This document shows positions 18,101 to 28,185 of a stretch of DNA of 64,000 nt, piece by piece. Under the pieces are notes generated by a model. It had not been told where the DNA came from. It saw only the letters and a program-made list of their open reading frames with translations, and ran no database searches. The position numbers and the translations under genes are program-made. The stretch's first letter is position 1, and each line of letters opens with the position of its first letter. This DNA comes from a candidate division TM6 bacterium GW2011_GWF2_28_16 (lineage in GTDB: Bacteria > Patescibacteriota > Microgenomatia > UBA1400 > PJMF01), in NCBI GenBank assembly GCA_001029715.1, contig CP011212.1, positions 67,407 through 131,406 of the forward strand. Direction: 5' to 3'.

Positions 18101-19303
18101 ATGCCCATCCTTCATTTAAATTTTCAAAAAACCAAAAATCTTAAATATATTTATGCAATTCGTCTTGTTCGTGAATTTGCCAATCAACTAATGGTTTTCT
18201 TTTTACCACTTTATTTTTTTAACATTCGTTTTTCCTTCATGAGCCATTTCGACCTATCTCCCCTGCAAGAAGGAATTTTTAACGTAATGATTGTTTTGTT
18301 GTTAACTCGGTTAGTTGCTTTATTTTCTGCCATTCCAATCGCCAAAATACTTAATAAATACGGTATTCGTCATGGTTTTTTGATGGGACATTTGCTGTAT
18401 TCTTTGTTTGTTCTATGTCTTTATCTTTCCAAAGCCAATCCTTATTTAGTTTTAACGGCTGCGATAATTGATGGTTTCCAAATTAATTTCTTTTGGAACA
18501 GTTATTATTATTCTATTAGTCGTAACAGCGACCAAGCAAAAATGGGTGCAAATCTAGGTGCTGTGAATTTTTTACTTCACTTACTAGCAATGATCGCTCC
18601 TGCTTTAGGTGGTTTAATTATTGTGACCTTAGGATATCAGACTTTGTTTTTACTTGGTTTAGTGATTATTCTTAGTGGAGTAATTTTTTCAATTTTACTC
18701 AACAATGTTAAAGTAAAAGATAAAATCTCCTTCAAAGAATTTTTAACTTGGCTTAAAGAGCCTGGATTTAAACGCCTGGCAGTAAGTTTTGCTGGAAAAT
18801 ATTTTAATGATGCTTCTGTTAGTTTGTGGGCACTTTATATGTTCATTTTGCTTGGTAGTACTGAGGGAGTTGGTTATTTATATAGCTTGTCTTTGCTTTT
18901 AGCTTTGCTTGTGAGCTATACGGCTGGTTCTTTTATAGATAAGCACAAAAATCGCAAACAATTCTTTATTTCTGGTGGATTTTTATCGATTTTTTGGGCT
19001 TTGAGGGGCTTTGTTGTTGGCATTTGGTCAATTACTATTTTAAATGCAGTCGACAGACTAACCTCAAGTTTTCACTGGTTATTTTTTGATCGTAGCTGGA
19101 TTCTGCGAGGCAAAGGTCGTGAAGCCCTTTCCTATTTTGTTTATCGAGAAATGATCTATTCTTTTGCAGCCATAGTTTTTTGGCTTATAGTGGCAATTTT
19201 ATTTTATTTCTTTGTTTTTGCTTGGAAGAGTTTGTTTATTGTTGCCGGAATGGGTGTTCTTTTAACTTTGCTAGTCAAAGAGCATCAAGGAGAAAGCAAT
19301 TAA
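18101..19303 (+). CDS. polytopic membrane transporter (MFS-like)
   Basis: 400 aa with ~10-12 predicted TM helices in two halves. No specific substrate motif. Confidence 0.45.
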   Translation: MPILHLNFQKTKNLKYIYAIRLVREFANQLMVFFLPLYFFNIRFSFMSHFDLSPLQEGIFNVMIVLLLTRLVALFSAIPIAKILNKYGIRHGFLMGHLLYSLFVLCLYLSKANPYLVLTAAIIDGFQINFFWNSYYYSISRNSDQAKMGANLGAVNFLLHLLAMIAPALGGLIIVTLGYQTLFLLGLVIILSGVIFSILLNNVKVKDKISFKEFLTWLKEPGFKRLAVSFAGKYFNDASVSLWALYMFILLGSTEGVGYLYSLSLLLALLVSYTAGSFIDKHKNRKQFFISGGFLSIFWALRGFVVGIWSITILNAVDRLTSSFHWLFFDRSWILRGKGREALSYFVYREMIYSFAAIVFWLIVAILFYFFVFAWKSLFIVAGMGVLLTLLVKEHQGESN

Positions 19304-20337
19304 AATTTCCTGGAAAAATTATATTCAAGAATTTCTTTTAAAAGGAGATTCATCTCTTTAGGCTCTATTTCTGCGATTTCAACTTGAGCTTTTTTCTTAA
19401 ATTGATTAAGTAATTTTTCAATTTTTGTTTGGGCGAATTGTCTAAAAAGATTTTGAATTTTGATGATTTCTTCTTTGCTAAGATTTTTTTGTCCATATTT
19501 TGCCATTAAAAACTCTTTTTCTGATGGAGGAATTTCCTCTAGTAGAGTTAAATAGAAAAGTGTCTTCTTACCCTCTCTAATATCAGAGGCAAAACTTTTG
19601 CCAGAAAGCTCTTCCGGAGTAAAAATGCTGATAGAATCATCCACTATTTGGAAGATTAAGCCGAGCTTTTCACCGATTTTTTCAAGTTGTGTGATTTCCT
19701 CATCTTTTAATTCATTGATTAGTCCAGCTAATTTCAATGGAAGAGAAAAAGTATAGCGAGCTGTTTTGAAAAGATACATTTCTAAGACTTCATCAAAACT
19801 TGGAAGTTCTTTTTGCGAGGTAATTTTGCTATCTAACATTTCTGCAAAATTAGTTTTAATGATTTCTTCTGAAATAGTTGGAAGAATATTTGTTTCTCTT
19901 AATAAAGAAATAGCTAGGAAATTTGCAATGTTGGCAAGGCAAATCGCTTGGTTTTGCCCATATTCTTTAGGATTCTGATAGTTTTCTCTTTCAGCATCCA
20001 ATTCATATTGATACCAAATTGAATTTTGACCACGGCGCTTCTTATCTTGGTCAATAATATCGTCATGGATGAGTAGGCTTGAGTGAATTAATTCTAATGC
20101 GGCGGCAATCTTTAGAAGTTTTTTTTGTTCTGTTTGATATTTTTTTTCATCAAGAGATTTGACGGCAAGTAAAAAAAGTCCGCCGCGCACAGTTTTACCA
20201 CTGATTACAAAATCTTTAATTTTGCTAAAAGCATCTTTCACCAAGCTTTGTTTTTCAAATTTCTTTTCTTCCTCAGAAAGAAAAGAGAGTAGAAAATTAT
20301 CAATGAGTTGTTTTTCTTCTTGTAATTTTTCTATCAT
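19300..20337 (-). CDS. polyprenyl diphosphate synthase (trans-isoprenyl diphosphate synthase, IspA/GGPPS family)
   Basis: First aspartate-rich motif LIHDDIID and second motif FQIVDD. 345 aa. Confidence 0.85.
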   Translation of the reverse strand: MIEKLQEEKQLIDNFLLSFLSEEEKKFEKQSLVKDAFSKIKDFVISGKTVRGGLFLLAVKSLDEKKYQTEQKKLLKIAAALELIHSSLLIHDDIIDQDKKRRGQNSIWYQYELDAERENYQNPKEYGQNQAICLANIANFLAISLLRETNILPTISEEIIKTNFAEMLDSKITSQKELPSFDEVLEMYLFKTARYTFSLPLKLAGLINELKDEEITQLEKIGEKLGLIFQIVDDSISIFTPEELSGKSFASDIREGKKTLFYLTLLEEIPPSEKEFLMAKYGQKNLSKEEIIKIQNLFRQFAQTKIEKLLNQFKKKAQVEIAEIEPKEMNLLLKEILEYNFSRKF

Positions 20338-21011
20338 TTTAAGATTTTTTCTATTGTTGCTTCTGCCAAAATAGCCATGGAATCAAAAATTTCTGTTCCA
20401 GCATATATTGGAGTTAATAGTTGCAGATCAGTGCAAGCTAAAACAACATGTTTAATATCTTTCTTTGCAAATTTCTGAATAATTTTAATTAACTCAGTCT
20501 GATCTTTTTCACTGTATCTACTGCGAACTAAATTGTTAATTAGTTGGCCAATTTTCTCCTGATCTTTTTCTATGGGTAAATGAATTTTAATATCTTTTAA
20601 ATTGTACAAATTTGTCTTGATGGTTGGATTTGTTGCCAATAAAGCGATCTCTTTAATATCTCTTTTTTTAAGAAATTTCTCTGTTTCTTCAACAATGCTT
20701 AAAACTGGGATTTTAACAACTTGACGCACAGCATCAATGGCTAAGTGTACGGAATTGCAGGGAATCACAATAAAGTCTGCGCCGCCATTCTCCAATCTTT
20801 TAGCTGCATCTTGGAGATATGGAATATATTTTTCAAATCCCTGAGCTTTAGTAATAAAATCTTGTTCAAGCTGATATTCTAGAGGAATGCTCCAGATCAG
20901 CACAGGTGGTCTCTTTTTTTTATTTTTTTCAAAACTAGAAAAAATCAGTTTTAAATAAAATTCAGCCGTAGTTTCTGGTCCCAATCCACCAATGATTCCC
21001 GTAGTCTGCAT
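20334..21011 (-). CDS. aspartate/glutamate racemase family protein
   Basis: N-terminus MQTTGIIGGLGPETTAEFY typical of Asp racemase. 225 aa. Confidence 0.7.
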   Translation of the reverse strand: MQTTGIIGGLGPETTAEFYLKLIFSSFEKNKKKRPPVLIWSIPLEYQLEQDFITKAQGFEKYIPYLQDAAKRLENGGADFIVIPCNSVHLAIDAVRQVVKIPVLSIVEETEKFLKKRDIKEIALLATNPTIKTNLYNLKDIKIHLPIEKDQEKIGQLINNLVRSRYSEKDQTELIKIIQKFAKKDIKHVVLACTDLQLLTPIYAGTEIFDSMAILAEATIEKILK

Positions 21012-21099
21012 AGCTTGTCTATTTTATAACTAAAAAATCCAGATTGCCATGTAAATTCTTTGCATGATTTTTTTTGTTTTTTACGACTATTAGAGTGTA

Positions 21100-22278
21100 A
21101 TGTCATTTTTTAAGAAAAATATTCAAATGCAAAATGATGAGCAAGCAATTGCTTCTCGTCAAGAAGACTTGCTAAAGAATTGGAAAAAGGCTGATTTTAA
21201 GCAGCTTTTTTCTATCAACAAAGCACTGAGCAAAGCCAACCAATGCAATTGTGAAAATATGATTGGCGCAGTTACTTTACCGGTTGGTTTGGCTGGTCCA
21301 GTTAAAGTTATTTTAGAAGACAGCGAAACTGAATATTTTGTGCCCCTAGCAACTAGTGAGGGCGCTTTAGTTGCTAGCGTAAATAGGGGTTTAAAAGCAA
21401 TTAATCAAGCTGGCGGAGCTCAAGTTTTTGTCAAAAATGTTGGCATGACTAGAGCTCCAGTTTTTGCTTTTGAAAATGGCAAAGAAGCTTTTGCTTTTGC
21501 TACTTATTTGGAAGAAGCCAAAACTTTGGCGGAAATAAAAAAGATTACTGAACTAAGCAGCGATCACCTCCATTTTAAAAATCTCCAGAGTTTTGTCAGA
21601 GGTCGTAATGTCTATGTACGTTTTAGTTTCTTCACTGATCAAGCCATGGGCATGAACATGGTTACCCTTGCCCTTCAGAAATTGTGGGAAGAATTTTTGA
21701 GTAATTATCAGGGTATAAAAATGTTGGCTTTATCTAGTAATGTTTGTACTGATAAAAAATCTTCATTTATCAATCAATTACTTGGTAGAGGCTATAGTGC
21801 TCAGGCTGAGGTTTTTTTAAGTGAAGCAATTTTGGAAAATATTCTAAAAACTAGTTCTAAGGCTTTGTTTAAAACCCATCAAAGCAAAAATCAAATTGGT
21901 TCAAATCTAGCCGGGACTTTTTCTAACAATATGCAATTTGCCAATGTGGTGGCAGCTTTTTATATGGCTACTGGTCAAGATTTGGCTCATATCACTGAGG
22001 CAAGTCAAGGTAATACAATCGTCGAGGAAACTGAAGAAAAAGGCCTTTATTTTGCAGTTAACTTACCAGATTTGCCGCTTGGCAGTGTTGGTGGTGGAAC
22101 TAACTTGCCCGCTCAAAAAGAGTTGCGCAACTTAATTCATCAAAGTAACGAAGACCTAGGCTCAGTGCAACTAGTTAGTATTTTAGCGACTGGCGTTTTG
22201 GCAGCGGAAATTTCTGGTTTGGCAGCTCTTAGTAGTAATAGCCTAGCCCAGGCCCACCAAAGATTGGCAAGAAAATGA
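21100..22278 (+). CDS. hmgA: hydroxymethylglutaryl-CoA reductase, class I
   Basis: ENMIGAVTLPVGLAGPV, LATSEGALVASVNRG, DQAMGMNMV and GSVGGGT motifs of the class-I catalytic domain. Confidence 0.85.
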   Translation: MSFFKKNIQMQNDEQAIASRQEDLLKNWKKADFKQLFSINKALSKANQCNCENMIGAVTLPVGLAGPVKVILEDSETEYFVPLATSEGALVASVNRGLKAINQAGGAQVFVKNVGMTRAPVFAFENGKEAFAFATYLEEAKTLAEIKKITELSSDHLHFKNLQSFVRGRNVYVRFSFFTDQAMGMNMVTLALQKLWEEFLSNYQGIKMLALSSNVCTDKKSSFINQLLGRGYSAQAEVFLSEAILENILKTSSKALFKTHQSKNQIGSNLAGTFSNNMQFANVVAAFYMATGQDLAHITEASQGNTIVEETEEKGLYFAVNLPDLPLGSVGGGTNLPAQKELRNLIHQSNEDLGSVQLVSILATGVLAAEISGLAALSSNSLAQAHQRLARK

Positions 22279-23345
22279 AAACAAATCAAGTCGGCATAGT
22301 TGCCTATGGTGCAGCTATTCCAAGACACAAGGTTTCCACTAATATTATTGCTCAAAGTCAGGGTAAAAATGCTGATGTGGCTAAATCTTTGGGTGTTTTT
22401 TCAAAAACTATTCCAAGTTTAGATGAAGATACAGTGACTCTTTCTACAGAAGCAGGCAAAATTGCTTTGGATAGATTTTTATTAAATAAGGGCGCAGTCA
22501 AAAATATCGAAACTCTTTTTATTGGTAGCGAAAGTCATCCTTATGCTGTCAAACCATCTGGCACAGTAGTCAAAGAAGCTCTTGGTTTAAGCAACTATTT
22601 AAGTATGGCTGATCTACAATTCGCTTGCAAAGCTGGTTCTCAGTCTCTGCAAATCGCTGCAGCTTATGTTCAGGCAAAAATGGTTAAAAATGCCATGGCA
22701 ATTGGTGCAGATACTGCCCAAGCTCGTCCTGGAGATGCTCTAGAATATACTGCGGCGGCGGGCGCCGCCGCCTTCATCCTTGGTCATGAAGCGAATAGCG
22801 ATCAATTATTAGCTCGCTTATCAGCCACTAAATCAGTAGCAACTGATACGCCAGATTTTTGGCGCAAACCAAAAGAATCTTATCCGCAACATTTTGGCAG
22901 ATTTACTGGCGAGCCGGCTTATTTCAAGCATGTTTTGATGGCCAGTAGTGCGCTTCTTGCAGAAACAAAGTTGAAGCCAGCAGAAATTGATTTCTGCGTT
23001 TTTCATACGCCAAATGCCAAGTTTCCAGAGCAAGCCGCTAAAATACTTGGATTTACCAAAGAGCAATTAGCTCCATCTCTAGTCGTTAAAGAAATTGGTA
23101 ACACTTATGCCGCTGCTTCACTTTTAGCTCTAACTGCAGTTCTTGATGTCGCTCATGCTAGTGCTAAAATTTTGGTTTGTTCTTATGGTTCTGGTTCGGG
23201 GGCTGATGCTTTTTTGTTTGAAACAACTAAGAATTTGGAAACACAGAGAGTAAAGTATAAAAAAACTCTAGCAGCCCAAATTGCTGCTTTGGAAGCAATT
23301 GATGCTGAAACTTATCAAAAAATGAGGACTGACAATGAACATTAA
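22275..23345 (+). CDS. hydroxymethylglutaryl-CoA synthase (archaeal-type)
   Basis: Thiolase-fold condensing enzyme of ~350 aa. N-terminus QVGIVAYGAAIPRHKV. Sits between HMGR and the thiolase/DUF35 pair as in archaea. Confidence 0.8.
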   Translation: MKTNQVGIVAYGAAIPRHKVSTNIIAQSQGKNADVAKSLGVFSKTIPSLDEDTVTLSTEAGKIALDRFLLNKGAVKNIETLFIGSESHPYAVKPSGTVVKEALGLSNYLSMADLQFACKAGSQSLQIAAAYVQAKMVKNAMAIGADTAQARPGDALEYTAAAGAAAFILGHEANSDQLLARLSATKSVATDTPDFWRKPKESYPQHFGRFTGEPAYFKHVLMASSALLAETKLKPAEIDFCVFHTPNAKFPEQAAKILGFTKEQLAPSLVVKEIGNTYAAASLLALTAVLDVAHASAKILVCSYGSGSGADAFLFETTKNLETQRVKYKKTLAAQIAALEAIDAETYQKMRTDNEH

Positions 23346-24444
23346 AGTAATTGGCAATTACATTGGTAAATTTGCTGAGCTTTGGGAACAGAGCTTAACT
23401 GATTTGATTAAAGAAGGAGTAGAGGGCGTTTTAGCTGATGCGCAAATTGATCCAAAATCAATTGATGCGATTTTTGTAGCCAATAAAGCTAGTGGTAGTT
23501 TTAATAATCAACGTCATTTAGGTGCTTTAGTGAGTGAGCAATTTGCTCATTTTCCTCCAGCAATGCGCATTGAGGGCGCTTGTGCTTCGGGTGGTTTAGC
23601 TATGCTAGCTGCGGAGCAAGCCTTACTCAGCGGTGTTTATAAAACAGTTTTAGTGCTCGGAGTAGAGAAAATGACTGATGTCTCTGGTTCGGAAACAGCA
23701 GCTATTTTAGCGACTGCAGCTAGTCGAGAGAAAGAATATGGCTCTACTTTCCCAGCCCTCTATGCGATTTTGGCCAATTATCACATGAATAAATACGGCA
23801 CTACCAGAGAGCAGTTATCTAGTGTAGTGGTTAAGAACCACTTACACGCCTTCGATAATCCTAAAGCCCAGTTTCATAAGAAATTTACTTTAGAAGATGT
23901 TGCCAATTCTGCCATGGTCGCTTCGCCTTTGCGCTTGTTAGATTGTTCACCAATTAGCGATGGAGTAGCTGCCGTCATTCTTAGCAGTAAACCTTCTTCT
24001 CGCAAAGCTAAAATTCTTGGTTTTGGACATGGCCAAGATACTTTGGCACTTGCCGATCGCCAAGATTTAGGCAGATTGGCTGCGACAGAAAAAGCAGCCA
24101 AACAAGCGTTCTTAATGGCCAAATTGAGTCAGACAGACATTCAAGTGGCAGAAGTTCATGATTGTTTCAGTATTGCTGAAATTTTGGCAGTGGAAGACTT
24201 AGGCTTCTTTGCCAAAGGAAAAGCCGCCGCCGCCATTGCTAAAGGCAAAGCTACTTACGGTGGGCAAATAGTTATCAATCCTTCCGGCGGCCTCAAAGCT
24301 TGTGGGCATCCAGTTGGAGCGACCGGAGTGAAGCAAATTGCTTTTTTGGCTAATTTAATTGAAAAAGGAAAATTTGAACGAGTTCTAGCTCATAATGTTG
24401 GCGGCAGTGGAGCAACCGCGGCTGTAAATATTTTAGGAATATAA
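23335..24444 (+). CDS. acetyl-CoA C-acetyltransferase (archaeal-type/SCP-x-like thiolase)
   Basis: Catalytic Cys context EGACASGGLAM. C-terminal GH.VGATG. 369 aa. Confidence 0.8.
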   Translation: MNIKVIGNYIGKFAELWEQSLTDLIKEGVEGVLADAQIDPKSIDAIFVANKASGSFNNQRHLGALVSEQFAHFPPAMRIEGACASGGLAMLAAEQALLSGVYKTVLVLGVEKMTDVSGSETAAILATAASREKEYGSTFPALYAILANYHMNKYGTTREQLSSVVVKNHLHAFDNPKAQFHKKFTLEDVANSAMVASPLRLLDCSPISDGVAAVILSSKPSSRKAKILGFGHGQDTLALADRQDLGRLAATEKAAKQAFLMAKLSQTDIQVAEVHDCFSIAEILAVEDLGFFAKGKAAAAIAKGKATYGGQIVINPSGGLKACGHPVGATGVKQIAFLANLIEKGKFERVLAHNVGGSGATAAVNILGI

Positions 24445-24446
24445 AT

Positions 24447-24740
24447 ATGAATATAACGGAGTATTGGCGCTCAAACAAACAATGGTCTAAATATCTTGGC
24501 AAAAAAGCCAAGGTTTTAGCTGTTTCATTGATGGAAGTGGCGGCTTCAGATCAAACTGCGCTTTTGCCTTATTCTTATTTGCTCCTAGATTTAGAGAAAA
24601 GTAAAATTTCTTTGATGGGTGCTGCTCATCAAGAATTTAAAATTGGTGATGAGGTAGAAATTGTTTTGCGCAAAATTAAAAAAGAGGCTCAGGAAGAGAT
24701 AATCGTTTATGGTCTCAAAGCGGAAAAAATTTATGTCTAG
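24447..24740 (+). CDS. DUF35 OB-fold protein (scaffold of the thiolase/HMG-CoA synthase complex)
   Basis: 97-aa OB-fold-like ORF immediately after the thiolase, as in archaeal mevalonate operons. No Zn-ribbon cysteines. Confidence 0.55.
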   Translation: MNITEYWRSNKQWSKYLGKKAKVLAVSLMEVAASDQTALLPYSYLLLDLEKSKISLMGAAHQEFKIGDEVEIVLRKIKKEAQEEIIVYGLKAEKIYV

Positions 24741-25599
24741 TTTTTACAGTGGCAAAGTTATTTTAAGTGGGGAACATAGCGTGGTTTATGGCTATCAGGC
24801 TGTTCTGGCGAGCTTGGATTTAGGAATTTCTTGTATTGCTAAAGAAGGCTCTTTGAGTCATGAGCAAAAAAGTGATCTATATCTACAGCACATTCTAGAG
24901 ATGTTTTCTAAGCTTGCACAAATTAAAGAAATTCAGTTAGCACTTAAAATTAAATCGAATTTGCCTCAAAAATCAGGTCTTGGTTCTTCAGCGGCTTTTG
25001 CAGCAGCAGTTTTTTCAGAGTTGGCAGATTTTTATAATTATTCACTCAACCAAGATCGCCTCTACAAATTGGTTTTAGAAGCAGAAAATTTTATTCATGG
25101 TCGTTCCAGCGGAGCTGATCCAGCGATTGTTGTTTATGGTGGCTTAATTGCTTTTAGTCAAGGTAAAGTAGAGCATTTGCCAGATTTAGCCTTGGCAAAG
25201 AAAAGTTTTTTCTTAATTGATTCTGGAATTGCTGATGAATCCACTGGTGAAATGGTGGCTAAAGTTGCTGCTAATAAGTCTAGCCGGCCATTTATAGATG
25301 AAATTGGCGGAATTAGTCAAAAAATGATAGTTGATTTAAAGAATAGTTTCTTCAATCCTCAACTTTTGAATGAAAATCAAGCACTTTTAGAAGAAATTGG
25401 CATAATTGCTGATTCAGTGAAAGACACTATTCGCCAATTACAAAAGTTAGGTGCTTTTTGTAAAATTACTGGAGCAGGCGGACTGAAGAGTGGCTCTGGT
25501 TTTATTTTAGCTTTTCACCAAAATGAAGCAAACTTTGAGCAAAATTTAAAAAATATGGGTTTGAGTTTTTTCAAAACCCAACTAGGAAATACGAAATGA
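24709..25599 (+). CDS. mvk: mevalonate kinase-like GHMP kinase (paralogue 1)
   Basis: N-terminus GKVILSGEHSVVYG and ATP-binding SGLGSSAAFAAAV (GHMP motif 2). Confidence 0.75.
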   Translation: MVSKRKKFMSSFYSGKVILSGEHSVVYGYQAVLASLDLGISCIAKEGSLSHEQKSDLYLQHILEMFSKLAQIKEIQLALKIKSNLPQKSGLGSSAAFAAAVFSELADFYNYSLNQDRLYKLVLEAENFIHGRSSGADPAIVVYGGLIAFSQGKVEHLPDLALAKKSFFLIDSGIADESTGEMVAKVAANKSSRPFIDEIGGISQKMIVDLKNSFFNPQLLNENQALLEEIGIIADSVKDTIRQLQKLGAFCKITGAGGLKSGSGFILAFHQNEANFEQNLKNMGLSFFKTQLGNTK

Positions 25600-26585
25600 A
25601 AAAAGTGAAGACTTCTGCCCCAGGAAAATTGATGCTTTTTGGTGAACATAGTGTGGTTTTTGGTCATCCTTGTATTGTGACTGCCGTTGATCGTCGTTTA
25701 TCAATTACTGTTGAGGAAAATGGCGAAGAAGTTTTTATTTTAGATGCGCCAGATTTGGGTTTACGAGCTTATTCTAAGCGAATTTGTGATCTTGGTAATA
25801 AAGATTTGCCAAAAGAAGTTAGCTTTATCGAAACTTGCTATAAGCTATTTTTGGAGAAATACCCACAACAAAAAACTATTCATGTTTATAGCAAGAATGA
25901 ATTCAAATCTTCTTATGGTCTTGGTTCAAGTAGTGCTAGCACAGTGGCTTTTGCTAAAGCTTTAAGTGAGTTTTATGAAGTGCCAATGAATAATGATCAG
26001 TTGTTCGATTTGGCTTATCAGACTGTTTTAGAAGTGCAGGGTGTGGCTTCTGGTTTTGACATTGCAGCTGCAATTTGGGGTGGAACGATTTATTACATCA
26101 CTCCTCATGGCAAACTTAGTAAACATAAAACTGTCGAACCAATCAAAATCAAAAACTTGCCTTTGTTAGTTGCCTATACTGGTATTAAAGCTGATACTGC
26201 CACCTTAATTCGAATGGTGCAAAATTTGCACAGTGAAAACAAAGGAACAGTTAATCACATTTTTACCGATATTACTCTTTTGGTAGAACAGGCTAAAAAG
26301 ACTCTTCAACAGCAAGACTGGCCACATCTTGGCTTATTAATGGATGAGAACCAAGCTTTACTACGTAAATTGCAAATTAGTAGCATTGAGCTAGAGAATC
26401 TCATCGCTGCTGGCAAAAGTGCCGGAGCAATGGGAGCCAAGCTCTCTGGAGCTGGAGGCGGTGATTGTATGTTAGCTTTAGTTGATGAAGCTGAGAAAAA
26501 AGCCGTTGCTCAAGAAATTACCAAGGCTGGTGGTAAAATTATTGAGGTGGAGATGAATGCGGAGGGCGTACGTTTGGAAAACTAA
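25596..26585 (+). CDS. mevalonate kinase-like GHMP kinase (paralogue 2; possible phosphomevalonate kinase substitute)
   Basis: APGKLMLFGEHSVVFG, YGLGSSSASTVAFAKAL and C-terminal KLSGAGGGDCMLAL (GHMP motif 3). Confidence 0.7.
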   Translation: MKKVKTSAPGKLMLFGEHSVVFGHPCIVTAVDRRLSITVEENGEEVFILDAPDLGLRAYSKRICDLGNKDLPKEVSFIETCYKLFLEKYPQQKTIHVYSKNEFKSSYGLGSSSASTVAFAKALSEFYEVPMNNDQLFDLAYQTVLEVQGVASGFDIAAAIWGGTIYYITPHGKLSKHKTVEPIKIKNLPLLVAYTGIKADTATLIRMVQNLHSENKGTVNHIFTDITLLVEQAKKTLQQQDWPHLGLLMDENQALLRKLQISSIELENLIAAGKSAGAMGAKLSGAGGGDCMLALVDEAEKKAVAQEITKAGGKIIEVEMNAEGVRLEN

Positions 26586-26694
26586 GTTTCGAGCCAGAGA
26601 TCGCTTGAATAAATACATTTTTTCACGCGCTCAAATGTCTCTAAACTTAGTTTTCCAAAACGTACTTTATTTAATTAAGCAAATTGAAAAAAAT

Positions 26695-27693
26695 ATGAAA
26701 AAAACAACGGTTCAAGCAGGTAGTGATATCGCTTTTGTTAAGTATTGGGGCAAAAAGGATAAAATCCTACGTTTACCAAGCAATGGTAGTATTTCCATGA
26801 TTTTAGATTCTTTGCAGAGCAAAACTACTGTCGAGTTTTTGCCAAATTTAGCTAAGGATGAGATCATAATAGGTGGCGAAGTTGAAGAGGGAGAGGCTTC
26901 TCGTGCCATTAAACATTTGGACAGAATTAGAACTTTAGCCAAAGAAAAAGGATTGATAGATAAAGATATTTTTGCTAAAGTCGTTTCGGAGAATAATTTT
27001 CCCAAGAGCACTGGTCTTTCTAGCTCTGGTTCTGGTTTTGCTGCTTTGACCATGGCTGCCACTAAGGCTATTGGTTTAGATCTTTCAGAAAAAGAATTGT
27101 CTATTTTAGCCAGGCAAGGATCTGGCTCTGCCTGTCGCTGTGTTTGTGGTGGTTTTGTTGAGTGGTTAGATGGTGAAACTTCTGAAGAATCTTATGCACA
27201 AAGCTTTGCTAAGTCAGAAGATTTTGATATTAGAGATTTAGTGGCGATTGTTTCAGAAGATAAAAAGAATTTAAGCTCAAGTGATGGACATGATTTAGCA
27301 GAAAGCAGTTTGTTTTTTAAGGCTCGTCAAGAAAAAATTGATACCAAGTTAGCAGCTGTCAAAAGAGCAATTTTACAAAAAGACTTTGAAACCCTAGGTG
27401 AAATAGTAGAAGCCGAGGCTTTAGAGTTTCACTCAATTTTATTAACCAGTCAGCCAACTATCTTGTTGTTTTATCCGGGAACGATTGAGGTGATGCAGGC
27501 TGTTCGTCAATTGCGTAAGACTGGTGTGCCAGTTTATTTCACTATTAATACCGGCTTCAATGTCCACATTTTGACTTTACCTCAATATGAGAAACAGGTA
27601 GCTGCTGTTTTGCAAAATTTACCAAGTGTGCAGAAAATTATTATCTCAGGAGCAGGTAATCAGCCAGAATATTTAGAAAAACATTTGTTTTAA
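26695..27693 (+). CDS. mvaD: diphosphomevalonate decarboxylase (or phosphomevalonate decarboxylase)
   Basis: SDIAFVKYWGKKD...LPSNGSISM N-terminal signature and GHMP fold. Start placed at the in-frame ATG 26695 (MKKTTVQAG) rather than the overlapping 26557 of the raw ORF. Confidence 0.8.
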   Translation: MKKTTVQAGSDIAFVKYWGKKDKILRLPSNGSISMILDSLQSKTTVEFLPNLAKDEIIIGGEVEEGEASRAIKHLDRIRTLAKEKGLIDKDIFAKVVSENNFPKSTGLSSSGSGFAALTMAATKAIGLDLSEKELSILARQGSGSACRCVCGGFVEWLDGETSEESYAQSFAKSEDFDIRDLVAIVSEDKKNLSSSDGHDLAESSLFFKARQEKIDTKLAAVKRAILQKDFETLGEIVEAEALEFHSILLTSQPTILLFYPGTIEVMQAVRQLRKTGVPVYFTINTGFNVHILTLPQYEKQVAAVLQNLPSVQKIIISGAGNQPEYLEKHLF

Positions 27694-28109
27694 AAACTTG
27701 GTGTCGAACTGCGACTGGCTTCGTATTGCTTAACTACTTCTTGGCAGTAAATATATTTGCCATATTCAAAAGCTTTTTCAGAAATATTTTGCTCGCCATT
27801 TTCGTCAACTCTGACGGCCTCTTGGACAAATTCTTGAGCAACTCCACCAGCCTCTTTGGCTTTTTCTGTCAAAATCTTAATTTGTGAAACACCATTTTCA
27901 CCTAAATTTTTAAAGTCTTCTTGCTTGAAATCAATTTGATCAAATTCAATTTCTTTATCTTTTTGCCAGGGAAGAGTGATACTTTTTGGGAGGCCTTCTT
28001 CTATTTTGGAAAAAATTTCATTATTAAGCCAACCTTTGTTTTTGGCAAATTTATAGGCAAAAACAACTAGAGCTATGGCGATAATAATGGTAAACAATTT
28101 GCGAAGCAT
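27690..28109 (-). CDS. hypothetical membrane-anchored protein
   Basis: 139 aa with an N-terminal TM helix and an acidic soluble domain. No recognisable domain. Confidence 0.4.
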   Translation of the reverse strand: MLRKLFTIIIAIALVVFAYKFAKNKGWLNNEIFSKIEEGLPKSITLPWQKDKEIEFDQIDFKQEDFKNLGENGVSQIKILTEKAKEAGGVAQEFVQEAVRVDENGEQNISEKAFEYGKYIYCQEVVKQYEASRSSTPSF

Positions 28110-28185
28110 GCTTTTATTTTAGCATGCTTTAAGGAGCGGCTGTGCACCCTGCGGGTACTACCCAGGTTTGCTTTGCAAACTTGGC

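Noticed and set aside
26557-26694. A longer N-terminal extension of the decarboxylase gene starting at 26557, overlapping the preceding kinase by 29 bp.
   Set aside because: The in-frame ATG at 26695 (MKKTTVQAG…) aligns with the conserved N-terminus of mevalonate diphosphate decarboxylases. The upstream 46 codons overlap the kinase gene and show no conservation pattern.
28104-28129. A perfect 8-bp palindrome (AAGCATGC-N10-GCATGCTT) considered as a terminator for the tRNA-Ile transcript.
   Set aside because: There is no U-tract on either strand. It overlaps the start codon of the 27690-28109 gene, so at most it is a start-codon-sequestering hairpin. Not called as a terminator.
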